DNA of 64,000 nt from Geosporobacter ferrireducens (GCF_001750685.1 NZ_CP017269.1:1465416-1529415); one strand, 5' to 3'; shown: positions 19,992 through 30,436, counted from the stretch's first letter. Translations and numbers: made by a program. The notes: generated by a model from the sequence alone, not told the origin.

Positions 19992-20888
19992 GTGAATATT
20001 GAATATTTAAAGTATTTTTATGAAGTGGCCACAGCGAAAAGTATTTCGAAGGTAGCAGTTAATTTTCACATTTCACAACCTGCATTAAGTCAACAAATCC
20101 AACGATTGGAAGAGATGTTGGGATATAAGCTTTTAAACAGAAGTAATAAAGGGGTGGAGCTTACGGAAGCAGGTCAGATTGTCGAAAAGTATGCTAGAAC
20201 CTTAGTCAAGGGCTATGGAAATATGCTTGAGGATTTAAAAGCCATCAGCAGCAATCATGCTACCATACGAATCAATTCTAATGTAACATTAGCGACCTAT
20301 GCACTGCCCTGTACATTATACACCGTTCAGCAAAATTTTCCTGAATTGCTATTTAATCTTGCATCAGCCTTTTCAAATCAGGTCGAGCAGAATGTTCTCA
20401 ATGATGTATGTGACGTGGGATTTATTTACGGGAAGCCCGAAGATAAAGATCTATCCTATGCAAAGGTTGGGGCCGAACAATTAATTGTTGTGGCATCAGA
20501 AGGCTTCAATATTCGACAGGATGTATGTCTAAAGGATTTAATCAGCTATCCACTCTTTATGTTAAACAACATCCATAGAGAACAAAAACAGATCAATCGA
20601 TATTTAATGGATTTAGGCTATAACTTGGATCATTTTAATATTTCCCTGTCTTTAGACTCCATTGAATCACTAAAATCAGCAGTAATCAAAGGATATGGAC
20701 TTGCAATTGTACCTTATATCTCCGCTAAAAAAGAAATCTATACAAAACAGCTCAAGCAGATTTACATTGGCGATTTTGACATGAAGCAGGATATCTATAT
20801 TCTCTATAAAAAAGAAAAACTGCATAATAGCAGTGTAAAAGCGTTTATTCAATACATAAAGAAAATCGGAGAACAAAGCTTTTGCTAA
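19992..20888 (+). CDS. LysR-family transcriptional regulator (divergent from the YeeE-TusA-TrxR operon)
   Basis: HTH ISKVAVNFHISQPALSQQIQRLEEMLGYKLLNR. GTG start with GGAGGG RBS. Confidence 0.8.
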   Translation: MNIEYLKYFYEVATAKSISKVAVNFHISQPALSQQIQRLEEMLGYKLLNRSNKGVELTEAGQIVEKYARTLVKGYGNMLEDLKAISSNHATIRINSNVTLATYALPCTLYTVQQNFPELLFNLASAFSNQVEQNVLNDVCDVGFIYGKPEDKDLSYAKVGAEQLIVVASEGFNIRQDVCLKDLISYPLFMLNNIHREQKQINRYLMDLGYNLDHFNISLSLDSIESLKSAVIKGYGLAIVPYISAKKEIYTKQLKQIYIGDFDMKQDIYILYKKEKLHNSSVKAFIQYIKKIGEQSFC

Positions 20889-21103
20889 AGCTTTGTGATA
20901 AATATCTCCCAGATACCATTCATTACTTCCTGAGATTCTACTTTCAAACTCTTTTTACTATAGTGGTCTAAGATAGATTGCAAAACGCAGCTGTGATCTG
21001 TAATAACCTTTATTGTATCATTAGCCGACATTGACTTTAGCGCTTCTTTAATTCTTAGAACAGGAATCGGACAAAATTCGCCTAAGCAATCTATCTCACG
21101 CAT
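20885..21103 (-). CDS. TusA-like sulfurtransferase (second copy)
   Basis: 72 aa with DCLGEFCPIP CPxP motif. Confidence 0.7.
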   Translation of the reverse strand: MREIDCLGEFCPIPVLRIKEALKSMSANDTIKVITDHSCVLQSILDHYSKKSLKVESQEVMNGIWEIFITKL

Positions 21104-21282
21104 GTTATCCCCTCTTTATTCATTATTTACTACTTTTATTATACCATTTACATATAAATTTTGTACGAGTATCCTTAAACTGTGGTTAGATATTTATGAT
21201 CAATCCTCTGAGAAACTACCCTTTCTATATCTAATAAATCTGTGATTGCAAATGTATCGCTCAATTTAAATGGGGGCTTGCT

Positions 21283-22434
21283 ATGAATATTTCTTTTTAT
21301 GAACCTTACTATATCGGTACAGAAATCAACCATATCAGAGAGGCTATGGAACAACATCAAATTAGTGGAGATGGCCACTATACAGAAAAAGTTGTATCCC
21401 TACTGAAAAATAAGTTTGAAATCCTAAATATGGTCATGACCACTTCTGCCACCCATGCCCTTGAAATGGCAGCATTATTGATAGACTTAAAGCCAGGGGA
21501 TGAAGTCATCATGCCCTCCTTTTCTTTTCCTTCTACTGCAAATGCAGTGATGCTTCATGGAGGAAAGCCTGTATTTGCAGAAATTGAAGAAGCAACCTTA
21601 AATATTGATGTAAAAGACGTAGAAAGGAAAATTAGCAAAAACACAAAAGCGATCATTCCTGTACATTATGGAGGAATTGCGTGTAAAATGGGTGAGATAA
21701 TGACATTGGCAGAGACCTATCATTTGTATGTTATTGAAGATGCTGCACAAGGAGTCAATGCAAAGTTTAAAGAAAAGCATCTGGGGACTTGGGGACATAT
21801 GGGATGTTATAGTTTTCATGGCACAAAAAACTATACCTGTGGAGAGGGAGGCGCGCTGCTGTTAAATACCAGTGATGAGCAACTTCTGTATCGAGCTGAA
21901 ATCATTAGGCAAAAAGGGACCAATCGCAGGCAATTCATGCTTGGGGAAATTGATAAATATTCATGGGTAGATATGGGATCAAGTTATACTCCCTCAGATC
22001 TTTTAATGGCTTTTTTATATGCGCAGCTCGAGTCAATGGATCATATCACTCAAAAAAGAAGAGCCATTCACAGCTATTATGAAAACTTTCTTAAAAGGTA
22101 TGTGGATAGAGGAATCATTAAAATGCTTCAAACACCCATTGACTGCACACCCAATTTTCATTTGTTTACCATTTTGTGTAGAAATGAGAGAGAGAGAAAT
22201 ACGCTAATGGGCAATTTGAAAAAGAAAGGAATCGCTACTGCTTTTCACTTTGTTCCATTGCATAGCTCCACAGCAGGACAAAAACTCGGCTATCATCAGA
22301 ATGATTTACCCCTCACTGAAAACCTTAGCAAGTGTTTGCTAAGATTGCCCATCTATCCAGGGATGACTGCAGAACAGCTTGCCTATATACAAAAACACCT
22401 TTCCAGCTGTCTCGACGCGTTTGGGGAATTATAA
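21283..22434 (+). CDS. wecE: DegT/DnrJ/EryC1/StrS-family PLP aminotransferase, WecE/RffA-like (dTDP-4-keto-6-deoxyhexose 4-transaminase)
   Basis: Very strong similarity, recalled from memory, to E. coli WecE across the whole length: GDGHYT, TSATHALEMAALLIDLKPGDEVIMPSFSF, VHYGG, EDAAQG, SFHGTKN (PLP Lys) and GEGGALL. Confidence 0.8.
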   Translation: MNISFYEPYYIGTEINHIREAMEQHQISGDGHYTEKVVSLLKNKFEILNMVMTTSATHALEMAALLIDLKPGDEVIMPSFSFPSTANAVMLHGGKPVFAEIEEATLNIDVKDVERKISKNTKAIIPVHYGGIACKMGEIMTLAETYHLYVIEDAAQGVNAKFKEKHLGTWGHMGCYSFHGTKNYTCGEGGALLLNTSDEQLLYRAEIIRQKGTNRRQFMLGEIDKYSWVDMGSSYTPSDLLMAFLYAQLESMDHITQKRRAIHSYYENFLKRYVDRGIIKMLQTPIDCTPNFHLFTILCRNERERNTLMGNLKKKGIATAFHFVPLHSSTAGQKLGYHQNDLPLTENLSKCLLRLPIYPGMTAEQLAYIQKHLSSCLDAFGEL

Positions 22435-23172
22435 ATGGTCATTCAGATTTCAGTTGTTATCCCTGTTTATAATAGTGAAAAAACACTTGCTGAGTTGATT
22501 CTGCGGCTTACGCATACGCTTCAAAAACTATGCACTATACAATATGAAATCATCCTTGTGGATGATCATAGCCAAGATGATAGTTATAGGGAACTGCAGC
22601 GATTAAAAAAACACCATCCACAGATTAAACTTATACAGTTAGAAAGAAACTTTAGTCAGCAAAATGCCTTAATGTGCGGTTTGCATTATGCAGAAGGTAC
22701 ATTTATTATTACCATGGATGATGACTTACAGCATCCTCCGGAGGAAATAGAAAAACTTCTGAAAAAGCTGGAGGAAGGCTATGATGTGGTTTTTGGTATT
22801 CCCATAAAAAAAAATCATCCCAAATATCGCAACGTTGGAACCAAGCTGATTCGATGGTTATTTAACAAAATATGTGCAAAACCTTCTGGTGTTCAAGTCA
22901 GCAGTTTTCGAATCATGCGAAGAAATATTGTAAAGCAGCTTATTTTGAACACAACATCTTTCGTCTATTTAGCGCCGATTATTTTTAAAGTCACATCCAA
23001 TGTAGCAGACATTCCAGTTATACATGACCAGAGGAAATGCGGAGAATCAAATTATAACCCCTATACATTAATCAAGCTATTTATAAAGGTCATTCTCTAC
23101 TATTCAAGTTTTTCCAAATACTTGCCGTTTCCGAAAAAACCGCAGTTTGTAATAAAAAATATTCAATGGTAA
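22435..23172 (+). CDS. GT2-family glycosyltransferase, polyprenol-phosphate sugar transferase-like (ArnC/DPM1/GtrB type)
   Basis: VIPVYNSEKTL ... ILVDDHSQDDS ... ITMDDDLQH motifs. Start codon overlaps the wecE-like stop (ATAAATGG). Confidence 0.75.
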   Translation: MVIQISVVIPVYNSEKTLAELILRLTHTLQKLCTIQYEIILVDDHSQDDSYRELQRLKKHHPQIKLIQLERNFSQQNALMCGLHYAEGTFIITMDDDLQHPPEEIEKLLKKLEEGYDVVFGIPIKKNHPKYRNVGTKLIRWLFNKICAKPSGVQVSSFRIMRRNIVKQLILNTTSFVYLAPIIFKVTSNVADIPVIHDQRKCGESNYNPYTLIKLFIKVILYYSSFSKYLPFPKKPQFVIKNIQW

Positions 23173-23184
23173 GGAGTATGTTCC

Positions 23185-24423
23185 ATGAAAATTCTAGTTT
23201 TAGGTGGAAGTAACATTCAGTTAAATGTAATCCAGCGAGCAAAGGAAAAAGGCCATACTGTAATTGTGTCTGATTTCTATCCTCATGCTCCTGGGAAAGC
23301 CTATGGAGATTATAGCGAAAACGTTAGTACCTTTGATATTGATGGAAATATCCAAGTTGCTAAAAAATATGGAATTGACGGGGTTCTTACCATCGGAACA
23401 GATCAGCCTGTGTATACTGCCGCAAAAGTTGCGGAAGCGCTTAACCTTCCTTCTCCCATTGATGCAAAAACTGCAAAGGCTGTAACGAATAAAAAAGTGA
23501 TGAAACAAATATTTGCTCAAAATAAAATTCCTACCGTTGCATTTGCACTATTAAAGAAAGACTTTGCAGACAGTGATTTATATAGCTTTCAATTTCCAGT
23601 CGTCATTAAACCACTGGACAGCCAAGGGCAAAGAGGCGTATATAAATTAGATTCCATGAATGATATCCGCAATCTATTTGATGATGTATTGAGTTTTTCG
23701 CGGAAAAAGGAGATTTTACTTGAAAGATTTTATCCCAGTGATGAGATTACCGTTAGCGGTTGGGTAATTAATGGAGAAACCTATGTTTTTTCCATTGTAG
23801 ATCGATTAACCTTTAACAATTATCCTCATATCGGTGTTTGTATCGGTCATCATTTCCCCTCTAAATATATGAAAAAATATTATGATGAAATTCTCTCCAT
23901 TACAAAAAATATTGTAGCCGCCTTTCAAATCAAAAATGGCCCTATCTATTTCCAAATGCTCATTGGCGAGGAAGGCATAAAAGTCAATGAAATTGCCTGC
24001 CGTATTGGAGGAGCCTATGAGGATGAATATGTTCCACAAATTATAGGCATTGATCTTTTGGATATGCTTATTGATAGTGCCCTTGGAAAAACTATCGATC
24101 CTACTGGACTCAAGCACTTTGACTTGTATTCAACGGATAAACATGTTTCCGTAGAAATGTTTTTTGCGAAGACTTGTATTATTAAAGCTTTAACAGATAT
24201 GGAGAAAATCAAAAAACTCCCTGGTGTATTGCAGGCAAAGCACAACTTTCAAATTGGAACAGAAATCAAAGAAATCGCCAATGCTACCCAAAGAGCAGGC
24301 TATATGATCATTCAAGGAAAAAGTGCTGTGGATTTGTCATCAAATATTAAACGTGCTTATGACCAGTTAGGCATATACGACGAAGCTGGTAACAATATGC
24401 TGATTCGGTTCAATGGCAAATAG
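23185..24423 (+). CDS. ATP-grasp family ligase
   Basis: MKILVLGGSNIQLNVIQRAKEKG pre-ATP-grasp domain followed by an ATP-grasp core. 12 bp downstream of the GT2 gene. Confidence 0.7.
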   Translation: MKILVLGGSNIQLNVIQRAKEKGHTVIVSDFYPHAPGKAYGDYSENVSTFDIDGNIQVAKKYGIDGVLTIGTDQPVYTAAKVAEALNLPSPIDAKTAKAVTNKKVMKQIFAQNKIPTVAFALLKKDFADSDLYSFQFPVVIKPLDSQGQRGVYKLDSMNDIRNLFDDVLSFSRKKEILLERFYPSDEITVSGWVINGETYVFSIVDRLTFNNYPHIGVCIGHHFPSKYMKKYYDEILSITKNIVAAFQIKNGPIYFQMLIGEEGIKVNEIACRIGGAYEDEYVPQIIGIDLLDMLIDSALGKTIDPTGLKHFDLYSTDKHVSVEMFFAKTCIIKALTDMEKIKKLPGVLQAKHNFQIGTEIKEIANATQRAGYMIIQGKSAVDLSSNIKRAYDQLGIYDEAGNNMLIRFNGK

Positions 24424-24465
24424 ATTGCAATATAATTAATAATGGAGCAGAAATCTGCTCCATTA

Positions 24466-26025
24466 TTAATTATCACGGACTTTATAAATCTTTATTTTCC
24501 AATCCTTTGTACTCATATATCTAACGATTCGAATGCCATAGACAGAGTCGGTGAATTCATAGACTTTATCACATTTTTGTGTTAAAAATGCTTTCATTTC
24601 TTCATAATAAACCAAATTTCCATAAAGCCCATACCAGACCGGACGGGTATCATAAATAAAATCCATCTCTTCCGGATAAATAATATATTGAATTTGATTT
24701 TTATAAATATACTCCTCAAAATCCATCTCATGATTTTTCAAAAATGCTAAATTTCGATAATCATAAAGTTTCCCATTTTCAAAATAATACTCTGTATTGA
24801 GGTTTGCAAGCACAACAGAATCAGAGGGTACAACCTTAGAAATTTCAGCAATATATTGATCGTAAGTAGGATTAGCAAAAGGAAGTATCTGCATCGTTGT
24901 TGCCATTAAAATCAAAAAAAAGATGATTCCAACAGACAGTCTTCGATAAAGCATAGGCAGATTTTTCACAGCATAAATAACTAAAATATAAAATAATGGA
25001 AATAAAAAAATAACACTGGTCTGATTATACCTGCCAATGATTATATTCCCACCATTTACTGCAAAAATCCCTAAAAGAATTGACAAAATATTCTCTTTCT
25101 CTCTCCCCTTCCTTCTAAAAAGTATTATCGTTGAAAAAAATAAGGCGCTTAAAAATAATATCGCTTGAAGTTTTATATTGGGCGTATAGTAAGTTCCACT
25201 CACTTGATAAAATAGTTTCAGATAGTAATACTTTACCTGGAGTATTTTTGAAGAAATCGGCTGCAAGACTTCAAATTCGCTTTGTCCATAAGCCATATAA
25301 TTTCTAATAAAATTGGGGTCAAAGGAAATACTCAAAAGCACAAAGCCTGCTGCAAAGCCTACTACAGTAAAAGCATACAGTAATAAATTCATTAGGTGCG
25401 TTCTTTTTGTAAGGCAGATGTGGTACAAATAAATAAGACCAAAGGGCAAAGCAATCACAAAACTGTTTGGATGCAGTCCAATGCTTAGTCCAACCAGTAC
25501 TCCAAGCAAAAGATCCTTTTTGTATCCTTTTTCATCCATTCGAGAAAACATAAAGTATAGTCCATATGATAATACACAAACAAGCAAAATCTCCTGCCGT
25601 GCAAAATGGGAGGCATAGATGAATTGTATATCCATACTCAGCAATAGCATGGCCAATACAGCCCACTTGGAAGAATTAAAAATATATGCACTTAGTTTAT
25701 ACATATACCCTAAAGAGAGCAACCCAAATAAAAGCGATATCATACGCATATTGAACAGGCTATAGCCAAAGCATTGAATAAATAAAACCTGAATCATATG
25801 AAAGAGTATTTTTATAGCATGGGGATTCCTGATTTTTAAATCATAGAAGGACTCTGTCACCGAAAAGCTTTTATTCTCCAGCATATTTCTAGATAAGCCG
25901 CTTAACCAAGATTCGTCAGAGTGTATAAAGGGAAATCTGGTCAAAAAAATGGTATTCAGTAAAAAATACCCGATAAAAAAAGCATATAATAAATATTTTT
26001 TATGCAACTGCTTCTGTTTTGTCAT
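24466..26025 (-). CDS. GT-C membrane glycosyltransferase (family 39 / PMT_2 / ArnT-like, polyprenol-phosphate-sugar dependent)
   Basis: About 12 TM helices in the N-terminal two thirds, a soluble C-terminal domain, and a conserved RFPF-I-HSDE loop after TM1. Likely start MTKQKQ at 26025 with AAAGGAG RBS; the track ORF runs longer to 26163. Confidence 0.6.
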   Translation of the reverse strand: MTKQKQLHKKYLLYAFFIGYFLLNTIFLTRFPFIHSDESWLSGLSRNMLENKSFSVTESFYDLKIRNPHAIKILFHMIQVLFIQCFGYSLFNMRMISLLFGLLSLGYMYKLSAYIFNSSKWAVLAMLLLSMDIQFIYASHFARQEILLVCVLSYGLYFMFSRMDEKGYKKDLLLGVLVGLSIGLHPNSFVIALPFGLIYLYHICLTKRTHLMNLLLYAFTVVGFAAGFVLLSISFDPNFIRNYMAYGQSEFEVLQPISSKILQVKYYYLKLFYQVSGTYYTPNIKLQAILFLSALFFSTIILFRRKGREKENILSILLGIFAVNGGNIIIGRYNQTSVIFLFPLFYILVIYAVKNLPMLYRRLSVGIIFFLILMATTMQILPFANPTYDQYIAEISKVVPSDSVVLANLNTEYYFENGKLYDYRNLAFLKNHEMDFEEYIYKNQIQYIIYPEEMDFIYDTRPVWYGLYGNLVYYEEMKAFLTQKCDKVYEFTDSVYGIRIVRYMSTKDWKIKIYKVRDN

Positions 26026-26228
26026 AGCATACTCCTTTGCATTGATACTAAAATCATTATAGCACACTCTTTTAATTGGGATATACGCCTTTGACCCTAT
26101 GGGTGTATCAAATAATTCGATATAATATTTGAAAAACTTATAACAATAGCAGAAAGGAATCAAGTATAATAAAAGGAGAATTGTGCATTATTTAACAATA
26201 TTGATTTCTATATGAAGGGGGCAAAAGT

Positions 26229-27143
26229 ATGAAAAGAATGGTAAGATCGATATTTATTATTTTAATAGCTACTTTAATGCTTTTGACAATAGGGTGTACT
26301 TCTACAAAAGTAGAGGGGAGCGGACAAAATATTATTGAAGCAGGCAACGTATCAGCTTTGTTAAATGAAAATCACGCGGTTTTAGTCGATATGCAGAGTG
26401 CAGAAGAATATGCAACAGCACATATTAAAGGCGCAGTAAATATTAAGCGAGAGGATATTACGATAAATGTACCCGTTTCAAATATGTTAGTCTCAAAAAC
26501 AAAAATTGAAGACCTATTAGGAAAAAGCGGAATCGGAAATGATACTACGGTGATCATCTATGACAATACCAACAATATGGATGCAGCTCGACTTTGGTGG
26601 ACGCTGAAGGTTTACGGTCATGAAAATGTAAAGGTGGTTAGCGGCGGATATAAAGCCCTTAAAAATGCTGGTCTTGAGGTTACTTCAGATGTACCTGGTA
26701 TTATGGAAACAACCTATGCAGCAAAAGACAAAAATACAGACATGATTGCTACCATAGAAGATGTAAAAGCACAAGTCAATGACCCTAGTAAGGATGTTGT
26801 TCTATTGGATACCCGTACAGAAGAAGAATTCAACGAGGGCACGATACCGGGTTCTATCCTCCTTGATTATATCCAAAACAACTATAAGGATGGTACATAC
26901 AAATCCATTGAGAATATCAAGATCCAATATATCGAAAAGGGAATTACCCCTGAAAAAACTACTATTCTTTACTGTAAGACTTCTATCAGAGGTGCACAAA
27001 CCTATCTAGCTCTTTATAATGCCGGTTATCGCAATCTTAAGCTCTATGACGGCGCCTGGGTAGAATGGTCTGCAAATCCTTCCTTGCCAGTTCAAAGACC
27101 TGAAGGCTTAAAAGTAGAGTCAAATCAACAGGACAATTCATAA
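26229..27143 (+). CDS. tandem rhodanese-domain lipoprotein (thiosulfate sulfurtransferase-like)
   Basis: Lipobox LLTIGC. Two rhodanese domains; the second has the active-site CKTSIRG. Confidence 0.8.
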   Translation: MKRMVRSIFIILIATLMLLTIGCTSTKVEGSGQNIIEAGNVSALLNENHAVLVDMQSAEEYATAHIKGAVNIKREDITINVPVSNMLVSKTKIEDLLGKSGIGNDTTVIIYDNTNNMDAARLWWTLKVYGHENVKVVSGGYKALKNAGLEVTSDVPGIMETTYAAKDKNTDMIATIEDVKAQVNDPSKDVVLLDTRTEEEFNEGTIPGSILLDYIQNNYKDGTYKSIENIKIQYIEKGITPEKTTILYCKTSIRGAQTYLALYNAGYRNLKLYDGAWVEWSANPSLPVQRPEGLKVESNQQDNS

Positions 27144-27153
27144 ACCCTCTTAA

Positions 27154-27180
27154 AAAGAACTAGAAAAACCTAGTTCTTTT
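27154..27180 (+). terminator. rho-independent terminator (9-bp stem AAGAACTAG/CTAGTTCTT, then T-tract)
   Basis: Seen directly after the first rhodanese gene. Confidence 0.5.
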
Positions 27181-27313
27181 ACATTTTATAAAAGGATTGA
27201 TTATAACAAATGCTTATGCTATATAAGGAAAACGATTACAAGATAAGTATGTCTTTCTGCTATAATTAATTATGACAAAAAAATAACAGAGTAATTGATT
27301 GTAAGGGGGAGAA

Positions 27314-28264
27314 ATGATGAAAAAAAATAGCTTTAAGTTTCTTGTAGCTCTACTTATTTTAAGCTTATCTTTCAGTTTAGCCGGCTGCGGAGCAAAACAA
27401 GAGCCACCGGCTCCTGCTCCTGCAGCTCCTGAGACAAGTGCTCCAAGTGCAGTAGAAACAGCCGCAAATGCCTACTTTGCAAACATGCCTCAAGATGTTT
27501 ATAAAATTAGTCAAAAGGATTTTATTGACAAAGTAAAAGCAGGAGAAGATATGTTCATCTTAGATATCAGACAGGCAGATGTATATGATAAAGGGCATGT
27601 AAAAGGGGCAGTCAATGCGCCTTGGGGAACAGCCATTAGCGATAACCTGAGCAAATTGCCTAAAGACAAAACCCTTATGGTATATTGCTACACAGGACAA
27701 ACGGCTGGTCAGGCAGTAGCATTATTAAATATGGCAGGTTTTGATGCAAAATCTGTAAATCTTGGATGGGATTTTGGTATATCTAAGGTTGAAGGCATTG
27801 CAGATGTCACAGAAACAGAATCCAATGATTTCCCACAGGGAACACCTGCCGATATCCCTGCAGATGTCAAAACTGCAGTAGAAGCCTATTTCAAAGGATT
27901 AGCCGACGTAAAAGGTACAACTTATGCTAATTACAAAATTAGTGAAGATGATGCAAAGGCTCTATTAGATGCAAAGGATGATAGTGTGATTTTCCTTTCC
28001 ATCAGAAGTGCAGAAGACTATGCTAAGGGTCATATTGAAAGCGCTATGAATATTCCATTCGGTAAGGGAATGGAACAAAAATTCAACACATTACCTAAGG
28101 ATAAGAAAATTATAGTCTACTGCTACACAGGCCAAACTGCCGGTCAAACCGTAGCAGGTTTAAAGATGCTTGGCTATGATGCAGTTTCATTAAATGGCGG
28201 CATGGGTATGGAATCCAATGCGCCACAAGGATGGATCAATAAAGGTTTTCCTGTTGTACAATAA
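27314..28264 (+). CDS. tandem rhodanese-domain lipoprotein
   Basis: Lipobox SLAGC and a Pro/Ala linker. CYTGQTAGQ active-site loop occurs twice. Confidence 0.8.
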   Translation: MMKKNSFKFLVALLILSLSFSLAGCGAKQEPPAPAPAAPETSAPSAVETAANAYFANMPQDVYKISQKDFIDKVKAGEDMFILDIRQADVYDKGHVKGAVNAPWGTAISDNLSKLPKDKTLMVYCYTGQTAGQAVALLNMAGFDAKSVNLGWDFGISKVEGIADVTETESNDFPQGTPADIPADVKTAVEAYFKGLADVKGTTYANYKISEDDAKALLDAKDDSVIFLSIRSAEDYAKGHIESAMNIPFGKGMEQKFNTLPKDKKIIVYCYTGQTAGQTVAGLKMLGYDAVSLNGGMGMESNAPQGWINKGFPVVQ

Positions 28265-28724
28265 TTTAGACCTATAAACAATAAAAGGGGTATATCAAAT
28301 TTTGAGCCAAATACTCGAAATTCGATATACCTTTTTGTTTTACTGATATTGAGATCTAGGAAACGATGTTTTATCAGTACCCCTGCATTTTAATTTCTAT
28401 ATTTAATGTATCAATATTTTATTACGCTTTAACTTCCTTTTGCTTGATAGTGCAATAGTTATATCACTTTTTCATATTCGTCCTTTGATCTTACAACTTC
28501 ATTTTCTTCAGATCTTTTACAATATCTTGTAGTATATGATTTCTCTTAATTTTCATCCACATAGATATAGTACAATTTTTACAAACTGTACCTTAACCTC
28601 ACATTATTTGTACGCATTTCACGCACTCATAACTTATCATTTTTTATAAATGCTCTGTTAAAGAATAGTGTTGAAATCATAACATTTTATTTGTGTACCT
28701 CTTATGGTAAAATTAAGTCGTAAT

Positions 28725-28960
28725 AGTTGGATAGTGCGACCCAAAGATCCTTCACTCCATTTAGGATGACAATTCATCCTACGGACGACCACAGGTCGCC
28801 CCTACAATTTATTCTTAACGGTCCAGCACCGTAGGGGATGAAATCCCCTGCCGCCTTCAGGAAGGTGCTCAGACAGCTTTGCTGTCGTCGAAGGAAACCT
28901 AGGGTTTCCTAGCGAAAGCGTCCTAGACACTCTTTTTATAGGGAAAGATTTCCCTCATAA
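28725..28960. other. GC-rich structured element beginning GATAGTGCGAC (solo copy of the end sequence of the 58.3-kb MITE-like element)
   Basis: Its left end GTTGGATAGTGCGAC matches the GTAGAATAGTGCGAC inverted-repeat terminus at 58275. Internal GC hairpins (GGGGATGAAATCCCC etc.). Lies in a 900-bp non-coding leader of the WYL gene pair. Confidence 0.35.
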
Positions 28961-29161
28961 TTTATTCCATACCAATGTATAAAATTCCTTCTCCTTTCAG
29001 CTTTGTTTCTATTATACACTGGAAAATCTGATAAATCTTTTAAAAAAGTTTGCGAAGGGATTTTATAGAAAGTAAAAGGTCTACATGTTATAATCTAGTT
29101 GATACCTCCTTAACGAACAAAGCTAGTGTTTATTATGACTTAATTATTTTGGAGATGGCTT

Positions 29162-30403
29162 ATGGCAGGATATACGGAACTTATTAAAAATTTTGAAAAA
29201 ATTCGTTCCTTTACCAGGGACTTCTTTATCTATGGCTTCAAAGGAAGAGGCGATTTCGATGGACTTTCACCACGCACTTATGACAATGAGCGCAGACGGA
29301 TAGAAAGTTATCTTAGTGAACTGATTGTTAAAACCCATGATAGTAAAGGAAAAAGCATTTCAATATCCTCAAATACCATTGCAAAAACATCCAATCCACT
29401 TTTTAAAGTATGGCAAACCAAGTCTTTTACAAAAAAAGATTGCTTTCTTCACTTTGTAATTCTCGACATTTTTTCAAAGCATACAAGCTTAAGTGTAAGA
29501 GAAGTTGCTGAAATCATTAGTGATGATTATACTACAGCCTTCAGCGCCAGTGAGCCTATGGATACCATGACGATTCGCAATAAGCTTAAAGAGTATACCC
29601 AGCTCGGTATACTGGAAGGGAAAAAATCCGGCAAAACCCTGCATTATTCTTTGCCACCTAACCCACTTCATCGTCTCTCCCCTAAAACAAGTGAAAGCCT
29701 CAACATGGCTTTATCCTATTATAAAAACATTTTGCCGGGAGGCTTCATGGGTCATTCCATAAACAATGAGCAGGACAGTCCTTTTATCTATAAACAAATT
29801 TATTTTTCACAGACATTGGACGATGAAATTGTATTAAAACTGCTTGAGGCCATAGAGATGAAACGGATGGTCACGCTGACAATGATCCCTGCTAAAGGTG
29901 ATAGAAATAGAAAAAATCCTTGTGTTCCCATTCAGATTTTAAGCAATACAAAATCTGGAAGGCGTTATGCAGCTATATACCATGAGAACAGCAGGAAATT
30001 CTCCACAGTACGAATTGATTATATAAAGGACGTGGATTTTGGTGAAATCTGTCCTGAATTTGACAACCTTTTTAGGGACTATCAACTTCGTATGAAACAT
30101 TCTTTTTCAATTACCCCTCAAACGAAAGAAAAACTCCATAACCTAACTGTGCGTCTTCAAATAGATGAAGCTACCGAACAATATGTACTTGAACGTATTC
30201 GAAGAGAAGGTCAACATGGTACGCTTACGAAAATAGAAGATAATATTTTTGAATACAGTATAGGCATACCGGATAGTCTTGAAATGGTTCCATGGCTTAG
30301 AACATTTATTGGTCGTATTCTTCAGATTGAGGGCAGCGAGGCCCATATCATTTCACAGTTTAAAAGAGATATTCATGCTATGCTGGCAATGTATGAAGAC
30401 TGA
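29162..30403 (+). CDS. WYL-domain transcriptional regulator (wHTH - WYL - WCX architecture), long form
   Basis: WYL-like core RMVTLTMIPAKGDRNRKNPCVPIQILSNTKSGRRYAAIYHENSRKFSTVRIDYIKDV and a C-terminal WCX-like segment EMVPWLRTFIGRILQIEG. Confidence 0.6.
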   Translation: MAGYTELIKNFEKIRSFTRDFFIYGFKGRGDFDGLSPRTYDNERRRIESYLSELIVKTHDSKGKSISISSNTIAKTSNPLFKVWQTKSFTKKDCFLHFVILDIFSKHTSLSVREVAEIISDDYTTAFSASEPMDTMTIRNKLKEYTQLGILEGKKSGKTLHYSLPPNPLHRLSPKTSESLNMALSYYKNILPGGFMGHSINNEQDSPFIYKQIYFSQTLDDEIVLKLLEAIEMKRMVTLTMIPAKGDRNRKNPCVPIQILSNTKSGRRYAAIYHENSRKFSTVRIDYIKDVDFGEICPEFDNLFRDYQLRMKHSFSITPQTKEKLHNLTVRLQIDEATEQYVLERIRREGQHGTLTKIEDNIFEYSIGIPDSLEMVPWLRTFIGRILQIEGSEAHIISQFKRDIHAMLAMYED

Positions 30404-30436
30404 TATATGCCAATCTATTTTTAGAAGGTGTGAACG

